Assembly (NCBI RefSeq): GCF_018977255.1
Contig: NW_024704742.1
Location: 101,496,001-101,560,000 of the forward strand
Length of the DNA stretch: 64,000 nt
Reading direction: 5' to 3'
Origin: Callorhinchus milii
Lineage: Eukaryota
Below, in pieces: positions 50,796 to 63,901 of the stretch. Each line of letters starts with the position of its first letter. Position 1 is the first letter of the stretch. The notes under the pieces were generated by a model. That model made no database searches. It was not told where the DNA came from and saw nothing but the letters and a program-made list of their open reading frames with translations. The translations under genes were made by a program, and so were the position numbers.

Positions 50796-51212
50796 CAATG
50801 GTAATGTATAAAAAACATTCCACAATCTAACAAACTGATGGAACAAGCTAAGTGGGCTGAATGGCCTCCTGCTGTTCTTATTTTGCTAAGTGTCTACCTT
50901 ATCTTGTGCACCTATAAGAGGGAGCTGACTTAATGGAGTCATCGTGCTACAAAATGTAATTATGCAAAAATTGCAGGATCTGGATGGTGGAACAGGGAAT
51001 TGTCCGGCACCAATATAATGCAGAGAAATTGTGGTTTGTGCCATTAGTCTCTGCAGGGGTTGCAAAACATACGATAGCGCCATAGCCAATCAAAACAATT
51101 TTCAGATTTAGGCTCTGGGGCCTGATTAAATAGCTCACAAAGGTGATAAGGTTGGTAGCACCAGTAATGATGAGAAGGCTGGCTTAGTTAGCAGCACTTT
51201 TGCCTCAAAGTT

Positions 51213-54060
51213 AGAATCATAGAATATTACAGCACAGAAGGAGACTATTCGGCCCATTGTTGGAGGAGCTATTCAATCAGTCCCACTCCCCAGCGTTTTT
51301 CCCATATCTCCATCTTCTAACCTAACTCCATCTGCCCACCTTATCCCCATATCCCTTAATCCCTCTATCCTTTAGCAATCTATCAACTGCAGTCTTGAAT
51401 ATGTTCAAGGACTGAGCATCTACAGCCTTCTGGGATAGAGAATTCTATAAATTCACTACCCTCCGAGTGAAGTCTTTCCTCAACTCTGTTCAAAACGACT
51501 GACCCTTAATCTTAAGACTGTGACCCCTAGTTCTAGATTCTCCTATCAGGGGAAACAGTCTCACACTGTCAAGCCTCATAAGAATCTTATAAGTTTCTAA
51601 AAGATCACCCCTAATTCTTCTATGTTCTAGAGAATATAGGCCTAGTTTACTCAACCTATCCTCATAGGTCAACTCTCTCATCCCAGCAACTAACCTAGTG
51701 AATCTACACTGCACCACCTCTAAGGCGAGTATGTCCTTTCTTAAATAAGGAGATCAAAGCTGCACACAATATTCTAGCTGTGCTCTCACCAAGGCCTTAT
51801 ACAGTTGCAGCAAAGCCTCCCTACTCTTGTATTCTAACCCTTTCGCAATAAACTCCAACATGCCGTTAGGCTTCCTAGTTGCTTGTTGTACCTGCATACT
51901 AACTTTTTGTGACTGGTGTACAAGGACACCCACATCCCTCTGAACACTGACACTATCTAGTCTCTCCCCCTCTAGAAAATAATCTGCTTTTCTGTTTTTA
52001 CGACCTAGGTGAATAATTTCACACTTCTCCCCATTATATTCCATCTGCCATCTTCTTGCCCATTCACCTAGCCTATCTATATCCCTTTGCAATCTTTTTG
52101 TGTCATCCTCAGAGCTTACTCTCCCACCTAGCTTAGTATCATCCACGAATCTAGATATTTTAAGTTCTACGTCCTCGTGTAGATCATTGATATAGATTGT
52201 AAATGGTTGAGGCCCAAGCATTGATCCTTGTGGCACTCCACTAGTCACATCCCGCCAATCTGAGAAGGACCTGTTTATCCCTATGCTCTCTTTTCTTCCC
52301 GTTAATCACTCTTTGATCCATGATAATATATTGCCTTTAATTCCATGGGCCCTAATCTTGTGTAGCAGCCTTTTATGTGGCACCCTGTCGAATGCTCTCC
52401 AAAAATCCAAATACACCACTGTGGGAATGTAAAAGGATTAAATCACGTGAAGTACAGAGTGTCTGGACTATGATAAGATTAGAGTTGTTTTTTAAGCAAC
52501 GTATAGATAATTAGAGCAGAACCAGCGTCCTTGTACTGTCTGCAAATGTATAATCAAGCTTGTGATGACTGAATGTTGCTTGTCAATCAACAGCAAGAAT
52601 TGTTTTGAGACATCAGGGGATCGCAAATAATCATGTATATAAACTAATGGGACTGCCCCATTGGAAGAGGGAGAGTACTGACTCTTCTGAGAGACGTGCT
52701 ATTGTATTGCCTCTCACTTTCTCTCTCCTTGCCGCAAGTATTAAATAAACAATATTTCTGAGCTAACTCTATTTGTGAGTGTTTGTTTAATCCTAGTTAG
52801 AGCGACTATATACTGGGTTCGACACCACGCCTACTGGTTCTCCCCTATCTAACTTGCTAGTTACATCCTCAAAAAACTCTAAAAGATTTGTTAAGCATGA
52901 CTTCCCTTTTGTAAAGCCATGTTGACTCTGCCTAATCATGTTATGGTCTTCTAAGTACCCCACTACAGCGTCCCTAAATAAGGATTCTAGAAATTTTTCT
53001 ACCACCGATTTCAGACTGACTGGTCTATAGTTCCCCATCTTCTCTCCCATCCTTCTTAAATAGTGGTGTTATGTTTGCGATCTTCCAATCAATGGGAACT
53101 GTTCCAGAATCCAGGGGATTTTGGAAGATCAAAACAAGGCATCCACTATCTCAGCAGCCAACCCTAGGTTGCAGGCCATCAGGTCCAGAGGATTTGTCAT
53201 TTTTCAATCCCAACAGTTTCCCTAGTATTAATTCTTTACTGATGTTAATTTCCCTAAGTTGCTCACTAACATTAGCTTCTTGGTTCCCTCTATTTTTGGT
53301 AAGTGTTCAGTGTCTTCTAACATGAAGACAGAAGCAAAGTATTTGTTTAATGACATCTTTATCCCCCATTATAATTCCTCCTGTCTCTGCCCGTAATGGA
53401 CCCACATTCACTTTGATAGTCTATTCCTCTTTATGTATTTGTAAAAACTCTTGCAGTCTGTCTTTACGTTCCTAGCTGGTGTGCCCTCATAATCCATTTT
53501 CTCCCTCCTAATCAGTTTCTTAGTTTTTCTTTGTTGGTCTCTGAAGCCCTCCCAAACCTCGGGTTTATTGCTCTCTTTGGCAGTATTATAGGTCTCTTCT
53601 TTTAATTTTATACTTGCCCTAACTGCTCTAGTTAGCCATGGTTGAACCACTTTTCCTGTGGTATATTTATTCCTCAAAGGAATATGAGATCGCTGGGAAT
53701 GATGTACTATATCTTTAAAGGTTTGCCATTGCTGGTCTATTGTCATATCCTTTAATCTAATTCCCCAATCTATTTTAGTTAATTCCTCTCTGATACCTAT
53801 AAAGTTGGCTCCATTTAAATTTAAGACCCTTGCTTCAGACTTAACTACATCACTCTCTAACTTAAAATGCTAAGTTCCATCATGTTATGGTCACTCTGCC
53901 CTAGAGGAGCCTTAACTTCCAGATTGCTGATTAACCCTATTACATTACATAAACAAGATCCAGGATCGCCTGTTCCCTGGTTGGTTCCTCAGCATATTGA
54001 TCTAGAAAGCTATCTCTAATGCATTCTATAAACTCCTCCTCTAACTTACTTTTCGCAATT
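51213..54060 (-). mobile_element. CR1 LINE, 5'-truncated ORF2 pseudogene (endonuclease end plus RT)
   Basis: EFIECIRDSFLDQYAEEPTREQAILDLV, NYRPVSL, SQHGFTKGKSCLTNLLEFFEDVT, SGVPQGSMLGP, FVDDTKL and LEYCVQ; frameshifts and stops. Confidence 0.96.
52420..52824 (+). mobile_element. Solo LTR (405 bp) inserted in the CR1 RT
   Basis: TGT...ACA termini, 4-bp TSD CCAC (52416-52419, 52825-52828), TATATAAA 52636-52643, AATAAA 52744-52749; the CR1 is collinear across it. Confidence 0.9.
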
Positions 54061-54292
54061 ATAATCACCTGCTGAAGCAATTTACTGTATGTATCCAATT
54101 TCAACAGGAAATGGCACTTCACAAATGGCTAAGCTACATTTGCAGTCCTGCATACGTTGTTCAGAAACTTCCAGTAATTTAGTTTGAACAGTTTCCAGGT
54201 CATTATCTATCTGACTGAGACCAGTTAGGATGACATCCTGAAGGTCTGCTAATTCTGCATTCAGCACAAAATGGCTTCATGTCAAATGAGTC

Positions 54293-55935
54293 ACAACAAC
54301 AACAGCTTGCACTTATATAGCGCCCACCACACAGGGTAGCGTCTCAGAGTGCTTAACAGTAACGGAGCCTGACTCCGGTCCGGGGGTGGGAGGGGAAGGG
54401 GGAAGTCGCGGTAAGCACAGTTGAACAGGAAAGTCTTCAGGTGGGACTTGAAAGAGGAGAGAGAGGGGCAAGGCGGAGGGATTGAGGGAGAGTGTTCCAG
54501 AGTTTTGGGGCATAGTGGCTGAGAGCACGACCTGCAATGGTGGAGCGGAGGATGCGAGGGACGGGCAGGAGGCCGGTGCCAGTCGAGCGGAGGCGCCGGG
54601 TGGTGGATTGGGGAATGAGGAGGTCGGAGAGGTAGGGAGGTGCCAAGGAGTGAAGGGATTTGAACATGAACATGAGGATCTTGAAGTTGATTCGTTCGGT
54701 GATGGGGAGCCAGTGGAGCCTGGCCAGAACTGGGGTGAGATGTGGCTACGGAGTTTGGTCCGGGTCAGTATGGGGGCAGCAGAGATTTGAATGAGCTGGA
54801 TCTTGTGAATGGTGGACCTGGGGAGACCAGCGAGGAGTGCGTTTGAGTAATCCAAGCGGGAGGTGACAAGCGTATGCACAAGCTTCGGCTGCATTTGGGG
54901 AAAGAAAGCGGTCCTGGTCAGGGACCGGATGTGGGGGAGAAAGGGGGTCAAACTGAATGCCTAGATTATGCACTGGTTCAATGAGTCTGAGGGAGAGCCC
55001 GGGGAGATTGAGGAGTTTAGATCCATAGGAGTGAAGACATTGGCGGGAACCAAGGAGTATGGTTTCCATTTTGTCCATATTTAGCTGCAGGAAGTTTACA
55101 CTCATCCAGGACAAGTTGATAGTCCCACTAAGGTGGATGAGGGAGCAGAGGCAGTGGAAAAGGATGGCACGGTCAACTGTATCGAACGTGGCAGAGAGGT
55201 CCAGGAGGATGAGGAGGTAGAGGGAGCCATGGTCACAGATAGAGAGAACGTCGCTTATGACTTTGACAAGTGATGTCTCTGTCCTGTGGTCGAAAACAGC
55301 ACTGCAGCAGCTCGAGGAGGGAGTGGAGGGAGAGGTGTGACTGAAGTTGACCTGCAACAATGCGTTCCAGGACTTTGGCAAGGAAGGGTAGGTTGGAGAT
55401 GGGAAGGTAGTGTGAGAGATTAGAGAGATTGAGGGTAGGNTTTTTGAGGAGGGGTGTGATAACAGTGGTTTTCAGTGGGAGTGGAACAGAGCCTGAAGAG
55501 ACTTTGGCAGAGGGAGAAGATGGTGTCGATGGTGGGGTGGAAGGGGATATGGTGGGGGGAAGCAATGCAGCCAAGTGGATGGTTTCAATTTTTGAGGCAA
55601 AGAAGTCTAGGACCTCTTCGCATTTGGTGTCTTGACTTGAAGAGGTTGCGCAGAGGAGGTGACGGGCAATGGAAAACAACGTCTTTGGATTGTTGTTTGC
55701 CTCCAGGATGACTTTGCAGTAAAAGTCAGTTTTGGCCTGTGAGAGGGAGAGGCGGTAGATGCGGAGGTGCTCATAGCTGGCGGTGAATTGTGAGGCCAGA
55801 TTTCTGCCATCTGCGCTCGAGCATCCGGGTTTGTGCTTTGAGTGAATGGAGATGACTGTTGTACCAGGTAGAGCGGGTGGGTTTAGAAACAACCCTGGAT
55901 TTCAAGGGAGCCAGCGGAGTCAACAGGTTGACTGG
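54293..55935 (-). mobile_element. L2 family-2 LINE, truncated with internal deletions
   Basis: PISNLPFLAKVLERIV, LLDLSATFDTVD, NFLQLNMDKMETILLG, SRLDYSNALLAG; (GTT)n tail; one N at 55440. Confidence 0.93.
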
Positions 55936-56128
55936 GTTCCATTCTCTCAAACAACAGCAGCAAATTGCCTTTATGTAGCAGCTTTCACGTTGGGAGGATA
56001 TCCCAAGGCATTGAAGTTAGATTGCAAGTCCAGCTCTGATGTTCTGTACTTCATCTATTGCTGGATGCAGCTCCTCCTGCACGTACAATGAATGATTTGT
56101 TCGGCTATTTGCTTCCACATTTATAATT

Positions 56129-56453
56129 GCCAGACACAATAGCTAATAGCTGCTCTGTCCCTCCACAGATTCCAGGCAAGCAGTTCTGCCAACCTCTCTG
56201 TTTTGCACATGACCCTGACTGCTGAACATAATCTTTTCTTTGGCAGTTTTTATTGATATCTCTGAAGCATTTTATGACATTCTGCCAGGTTTTTCCTCAC
56301 CGTGAAAGATATGCTTTCAACTGCTGAGGCAGCTTATTTTTTCACACGTTCTGGGGTTTGGTGGATTCATGATCGTCTCAAAGATGAATGTCTGCCTCCT
56401 CAGCACCTCCTGTATGGTGAGCGTGACCTCCTGCTTGAAAATCTTGGCTCCTT
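56129..56453 (-). pseudogene. Frameshifted Myb/SANT-like (Harbinger/NAIF1-type) DNA-binding domain fossil
   Basis: Manual joining of frames gives KEPRFS-QEVTLTIQEVLRRQTFIF...AASAVESISFTVR-TWQNVIKCFRDI-KTAKEKI...EQLLAIVSG, in Myb_DNA-bind_5 motif order. Confidence 0.62.
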
Positions 56454-57039
56454 GCTGGAATTATCCAGAGATGATATTTTCCACAATGTTATGATAGCAG
56501 TATTCCCACAGTGGTTTATAAGGGTCAGTGGTTCAGTTTCTATCTGGATAAATTATTTGAAACAATCATTGAAAATGAACCATCATCCACCAACTAGTAT
56601 GCATAAATAGAACCAATTGCACAATTAAACACTTGGACTTTGACAGCTCCAGGAAAATTCGTGTCGCCCATAGCTAGATGGTTTTACAGGTTTTTGATTG
56701 AAATACTATGTCGAAGAAATAAAACTAAAATTAGAGTAATAAGGTCACCCAAATCTCAGGAATAGCTTTATTATCCCATTATGAACCCAATATAATTGAA
56801 TCAAATGCTTAAACATAGTACATAAAATATTTAACAAAAAATAACAAATGCACAAACTAAAAATAAGATAATTTCTTACAAAACGTTTAGGGAAATTCCC
56901 TATATGAATTCTGCTCACTGGTAACGATGGTTATATATTAATCATAAACTGTTAAAATAATATTAAAATGCATTCTGTAACCCTGTTGTCCATTCTTTCT
57001 CCAACAGTTTTTATTTAATTTTTGCCTCTGATACGCAAC

Positions 57040-57516
57040 CTTAATCTTCAAAATCCTTGTCCTTGCATTCAAAGTCCTCCATGGCCTTACTCCTCCCTAC
57101 CTCTGTGACCTGCTAATCCCATACCAGCCGGTCTGCTCCCTCCACTCAGCGGACTCTCGTGCTCCACCACTGTCAAGTGCTCTGAGATGCTACACTGGTT
57201 GAGGGGTGCTATATAAATGCAAGTTGTTGTTGTTTTAATGTTCCTCATCCCCTGCCTTCAGCCTTTCTGCCCCCACCCTATGGAACTCCATTTCACAGTG
57301 CCTTTATCTTGCCTCCTCCCTTGCCTCCTTCAAGGCCTGCCTTGAGACCTTCCTCTTTGACCCCTGCCTTTGGTCATCCTCCTACCCCTACCCTCCCTGT
57401 CTTTCACCTCTCCTGAACCCAACCTCAACTCAGGTCCACATCTTTGACTGTTCAACGCTTTGTGATGTCCTCCTGACGTGAAAGGCGCTATACACATGGC
57501 ATTTGTTGTTGTTGTT
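57040..57516 (+). mobile_element. L2 3' fragment with a family-2 tail (57165-57235) inserted
   Basis: FKILVLAFKVLHGLTPPYLCDLL, followed by two successive (GTT)n tails. Confidence 0.85.
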
Positions 57517-57944
57517 TTCTGACCCTTTGTTTCTAAAAGACAGTAAAGCCTTAAACCTACAATTTAACATTGTTTCTTTCAGCTCCTACTGTCCATTTTG
57601 GAGGTGGAAGCACATTTTTATAGAAGTACCCTTTAATGAGCTGAAAAGCATCTTCAGTGGCTACTTCCCCTAGTCAATCAAAGACTCTGAGACTCTGGTC
57701 ATGGAAATGATTGCATCTATCTGCATTCAGTATATACACAGTGATAATCCTACAAATCCAAAAGCACCAGGACAAGTGATTATTTTCTGATGCCTGAGGA
57801 ATTATCAATCATATTTCCTTGAGAATAATTTTCAAACAGATCCATGTTGGTGAGACCCTTTCTTTAATGTTAAATAGGCAATTCTTGTATCAACCAAAAA
57901 TAAATCTCAAAACTGCTCCTAAATAATAATACAGTATTAAACTA

Positions 57945-58100
57945 TAAATAATAATCCTTGCATTTGATACAGCACCTTATCAAGTCTTCGAGACGTCTCA
58001 AAGCGCTTCATATAATATACTGTAAAGTGAATTGACTGTATATTTTTGTGGGTGAAACGCAGAAGCCAATTATGCACAGCAGTGTTGCACAGACAGTAGT
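57945..58100 (-). mobile_element. SINE 3' fragment
   Basis: Matches the SINE 3' half. Confidence 0.85.
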
Positions 58101-58245
58101 AATACCAATTCTATTGCATGCAAATCTAGTTATAAGCAACTTTTTGTCCTTCTCAATCAAAAACTTATGATTGGATTTGCAATCTGTTCTGTTTGTCTTT
58201 ATATGCTTATTTTTGTGAATGCATTTGTATTATTTTACCAGACAC

Positions 58246-58401
58246 CTGTCAAGTTCCACAATAGATGACAGGGATTCGGGAGGCTTCTGACAAGAAGTTA
58301 ATTGTAGAGCCTTTTAAGATACGCTGTGGAAAGATTTTACTGCACTTTGTCACAGTTATAACCTGTCAAACAGCTGTCAATGCTCTGTCACAATTTTGAC
58401 A
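58246..58401. promoter_or_regulatory. Candidate TALE (Meis/Prep/Tgif) site cluster or enhancer
   Basis: Eight TGACA/TGTCA in 156 bp, five of them full TGACAG/CTGTCA. Confidence 0.45.
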
Positions 58402-58816
58402 TGTCTTGCAAATGTTGTCTATCTCTGTGATGGCTTGAATTTGTTTACTGGAATATTGATGATTGTTATTCTAATCTATTGAACTCTTTGTGTTATAAGA
58501 CAATTCTAATTTTCTTCACATATATCAGAAAAACAAGCATGAAGCATTTATTATAAAACAAGCAGGCTGATGGAAATAGACAGATTAACAGTGGGAATCC
58601 GGCTAACGTGGAATTGTAATACATCACTTTTTTGCAATTTCACATACCTTTTAATGAATGGTTGGTTCTCAAACACTGTCTATTGTCTCATTGGGTAACC
58701 CCTACAAGTACAACAACAACAATCATTTGTGAATTCTTTAGTCGCACTGACATTTTGATCTGTCTTCTGATCAAGTCCAGTAATTGCAAAGAAGCTTCTG
58801 AGGGTGATTTGGAATT

Positions 58817-59721
58817 AATAATAATCCTTGCATTTGATATAACACTTTATCACATTCTTAAGACATCTCTGGGACACTACCCTGCATGAGGGGCACTATA
58901 TAAATGCAAGTTGTTGTTGTTGTCTCAAAGTGCTTCACAGGATACACTAAGTGAATTGACTGTATATTTTGTGGGCGAAATGCGGCAGCCATTTGTGAAC
59001 AGCAGCGTCCCACAAACAGTCGTGGATTGAGTAACCTAATTATTATTTTTTTTGAAGGGATTATTACCCCTGGAAAAGTGATCTGCCAATTGCCAATCGG
59101 GTTCCTATTTACTGTTAGGTAAACGAGGCATATGGAGTAACGAAGCTTGCCTAACATTTCACCCTGCCCGGGAATCGAACCCGGGTCCTCTCACTTGTAA
59201 AGCGAGTGCTCTAACCAATACAACAACAACTTGCACTTATATAATACCTTCCTCGCAGAGCAGCGTCTTAGAGCACTTAACAATGACAGAAACTGACTCC
59301 GAGCCAGAGGGTGGTGGGGAGGTGGTCGTTAGCACGTTTGAAAAGGAATGTGGGACTTGAAAAAGGGGAGGAAGGGGGCAAACCGGAGGGATTGAGGGAG
59401 ATTGTTCCAGAGTTTCAGGGCATAGTGGCTGAAAGCGTGATCTCTGATAGTGGGGCAGAGGTTGCGAGGGACGAGCAAGAGCAAGAGTCTGGTGCCAGTT
59501 GAGGGGAGGCACCGGGTGGTGAATTGGGGTGCAAGGAGATCGGAGAAGTAGGGTGGTGACAGAAAGTGAAGGGATTTGAGCAAGAGTGTGAGGATCTTGA
59601 AGTCGATCCATTCAGTGATGGGGAGCCAGTGGAGCCTGGTCAGAACTGGTGAGATGTGGGTATGGAGTTTGGTCCTGGTAAGTATGCAGGCAGCAGAGTT
59701 CTGAAAATGCTACAGGACTCC
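58817..59721 (-). mobile_element. Long-variant SINE carrying an L2 tail (58870-58922 +) and an L2 family-2 fragment (59218-59708 -)
   Basis: The SINE 5' end gctacaggactcc reappears at 59709-59721; TCTC flanks the short insert. Confidence 0.88.
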
Positions 59722-62700
59722 ATGATATGATGTAATACCCATAATGACATTCTTGCCAGCAAATCTCCAGATTAAAATTATTCAATTCATGTTGGTTTGA
59801 CAATTTCTGTGTGAAAATTGGTTGCCGTGTTCATTTGCAAATACAAAGTCAGTACATTTTATGACACTCTGTTAAAACACTTTGAGACATTTTGACATGA
59901 ATAGCTCAGATCAAGGGCAAAATATTATTATTATTATCTCAAACGTGTTTCACAGGTAATTGCTGTGAAGTGCAAAACTATGTACTTTCTAGGCGAATGG
60001 AACATATTTTGAAGGTGTTAACCTGTCTGTCCACTTGGGAAGAATAGAGGTAGCAATCTGATGCAAACGCCTCATAGCCTAGTAGGAAGGGTTTTTAAAC
60101 AAATGATCACCTTATTGGACTTGAAGGCCAACATTTAATCTCCAATTGTCAATGGTTTCTGGAATCTAATTTAATACTAACTTTTGGTGCTCCCGATCTT
60201 TGTCAAGATTTTTATATTTTACCCAATTTGGAGACAATACTGTCAGTGCAAACAATTGATACGTTTATGAGAACATTTATTCTTTCTGAAACACCATAAT
60301 CATTCAAATATCACTGTTGTCCCCGGTGTCTATAATAATCAGAAACAAAAACATTGCTTTCCCACAGAGATGCAGCCACTTTGCATTTCTTGTACACAAA
60401 CACGGGTATTCACAACCAGTGGCACAAATATAGCTTTAAATCATGTTCAAATTCAGGAATGCATATTCCTAAAAATCAGTTGGTGCAGATGATCTATTCT
60501 GGAAGTCGGAAGTGCACTGAATGCTGTCATCTGAAGATTATGATGAGATGCAAACATGGATATCATCAAAAAGATTTGGCATATGATAGGAAGTGTAACT
60601 GAAGTTTTAGATTTTATATAGCAGCTGAGTCCTGAATGCAGAAATAAGTAAAACAGAAAATCAAGAAGTGTATATAATGTAATATATGCATTTTATCATT
60701 GTGAAACCGTGGTGTGCAATGTAATAGTTATCAATACTGTATATTTCCCTTCCCCTCCCCAATCTTTCTATGTGCTTTGATGATTCTGTTCCATATTTTG
60801 TGACACATGCATTTTATGTTTTGAGGCTTCCATTCAGCATGTGATGCTTCACTTTGATGTAGATTCACTTTGATGTATTCACAGGTTTTGTGAGCTAGGC
60901 GTGAATGTTTAAGGCAATGAATAGCACAATACAATATATTGTTGTTGATTTAACCAAAATTACAACCTGTATCTTTTTTCAGTACAGTACAGTACAGAAA
61001 GAGAAAATGGCTTTGTCATAATTTACAGCAAATAATTTAAGGACAGCAATGTTGGTGCAAGAAGTAAGACATGGGGTAATTCAAGAACAGATGGTGAAAT
61101 AACATGAGCAAGTGAAGCAGAATTATTATTAAACAACAAATGACAGAATAAATGCTTGGAGAACAAATGTATCTGGATTCATCAGCAATTGATCTAACCA
61201 AGTGCTAATGGGCCAATGCCAATGGGACAGTCCAGGAACGGGCCAGCATCAGTATTGGCGAATTATATTTATTTATACTTTAGGAAATTATACAGATCAG
61301 ATACTGATGAATGAATGAGTATCACAATTGAACAGAGTGTCAATTCTTGGCACAATGCAACATAATGAAGAATGTGACATTTGTGTGTTAACACCTTCAA
61401 GATTCAAGTAAATATATTAAAAATAAATGGAAAAGCTACATAGTTTCCCCCAAAATTTGAAAATTACAGTACCTCCGGTTCCATTGAAATCAGAATGCAC
61501 TGTTATACCTGGTGATGCTTTTATTCCCCATGTGTTTAATTTAATTCTTGAGGAGCTAAACGTGATGCATCAAATGTAGTTTGATCCCAAAGTAACAATT
61601 GGACTGAGGTGAAATCTTAATGCTTACCCAGCTATCATTTGGTTACTTGACTTCAGTTCAGTGATGAGTATCATCTTTCATTGATAGATATTAAATGGGG
61701 TTGAAGATGCAGCATTTACAAACTGTTTGCTTTTTTTTAAAACACACCCACTTGCTGTGCTAGTGGCAACTTCCAGTTTGCAATTGAAGCAGGTATTTTG
61801 CTTTCATCCCTTTATAATGACAAAGGCTTTTTGTTTTTCCATCCTTTGGAAAGACAAAGATTTAAAGAGAGATAGTGAGAGGGGGCAAGTGATATTTATC
61901 ACATTGAATGTCATTTCCTACTCCCTTCGCCCCACTGAGGATTTACTCATGGGTAAAGTCTGAATAAAGCCTCTTAAATTTTTTCTTTACAACAATATCA
62001 GTATTCCACGAATTGACAGTCACAGTACACATTTCATGAATAGGATGAGCAGTGAATGGTATCGAGGTGGGGGGTAGGTGGGGAGGAGCGGGATGGTGGT
62101 GGTGGGGGAAAATTCCATCCTTAACCTATTTAAATGTTATCAAGTGTACTGTACTTCAGAATCCAAAAAGGTTTCTTGATCACTACTTCTTCATTCCACT
62201 CAAAGAAAAATATTCTAGAAGTTTTTTGTTATTTTTAATCTTTAACAAGTTTCTTGCACAAAATGTGAATATGTGAATCATTAACTAAATACTTCACAGG
62301 AAATTAATTTGTCATTTCTAAAGAAATGTAATACCGTATTACTCATTTGTACTTTTATTGCTCTCTTTGATGGCGGAATACTTATTGTAACCACTATTTC
62401 CATGGTTGTGACAGTGCAATGGAAATGTAAAGATTGTGAGAGGTGTCATAAATCGACCCAGATGTTTCTCTGCACCATCTCTGTGCATTACTTACCACCC
62501 CCAGAGCCCAACATCTGGCTGAGTGACAACTGGTTGAGTGTCACAGCATGGAGCCACTCAATACCTTTCTCAATTGCAACGATCGTGAAGTTCACAGATC
62601 CTATTCTTCCATTGCTAGTTCCGTTCCAATTTTGTTAGTAAAGAAAAATGATTACGGACATTGGGAAAATAATGGTGGGAGAGGGGCGCGGGTGTCATAC

Positions 62701-63454
62701 ACACAAGTTAACTATAACAGAGCTGGCAGGACATTCTCAAAGAGTAGAGCAGATGTACCTGGAACACACATTTTTCACCCAACATGACTTAATTTACGTA
62801 ACTCTCTCTAAAACTCTGTAAGCAGAACAGAATGTAACATTTGGAAATACTTCATTCCACAAATTAATGCTCTTCTGGGTCTGCTTTCTGTATACACAGA
62901 ACTGGGCTAATGCCTCAGAGTTGTGAAGCTATCCGCAAGTGTGGTTTTGTCAAGCATGCAAATATCATTTTAGCTGAAAACTCCAAATAATTGAATAATC
63001 CCCAATGACCAACATTCTCATGATGAATTGATGAAGCAGCGTTGGTAACTGTTAAATTATTTAATTCTTCTAATTATCACTCAGTGTATGTAATTTGCAT
63101 ATTATGAACAAAGAATTCTATGTCAAAGCCACTGACATAATTATTACCATACTTAAAATATCTGCAGTGACAGCATAAAAACGTTAACTAATTATGGCAG
63201 GTATTTATATCTAAATTGAATCTATTAGAGTGGAATCATAATTCAAAGCTTGGAATATTTAATAGTTCCAAATACATTTCTCTCTCGGGTGATATACATA
63301 TAGATAAGCTTTGAAACTTGGAAAGTTTCACAATAGGATCTAGGGGACTAACCAACAATCTACCTGCATAAACTGCTCTGTACTTGTCATCATTTACAAG
63401 CAAAATCGGGCCCAAACTTCTCTAGGATGAGATAACATCATCCTAGATGTTCTT

Positions 63455-63901
63455 TTTTGTGTGAGTCTGGTTTCTGACACATGTGGACACTCATTACCAT
63501 GTCGAATGGATCGACTTCAAGATCTCACACTCGTGTTCAAATTCCTTCAATCTCTGGCACATCCCTACCTCTCCGACCTCCTCACTCCCCAATCCACCAC
63601 CCGGCGCCGCCACTCGACTGGCACCAGCCTCTTACTCGTCCCTTACAAGCTCCATCCCACCATCAGAGGTCGCGCTTTCAGCCACTATGCCCTGAAACCT
63701 GGAACACTCTCCCTTAATTCCTTCGCCTTGTCCCATCTCTCCCCTTTTTCAACTCTCACTTGAAAACCTTCCTCTTCGACAGTGCTTGCGGCCACCTCCC
63801 CCCTCCCCCTGGCTCGGAGTCAGGCACTACCACTGTTAAGGGCTCTGAGGCACTACCGTCTTTGCGTGGAGGGCACTATATGAGTGCAAGTTGTTGTTGT
63901 T
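63455..63901 (+). mobile_element. L2 family-2 3' fragment
   Basis: LVFKFLQSLAHPYLSDLL...GRAFSHYALK; (GTT)n tail. Confidence 0.92.
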
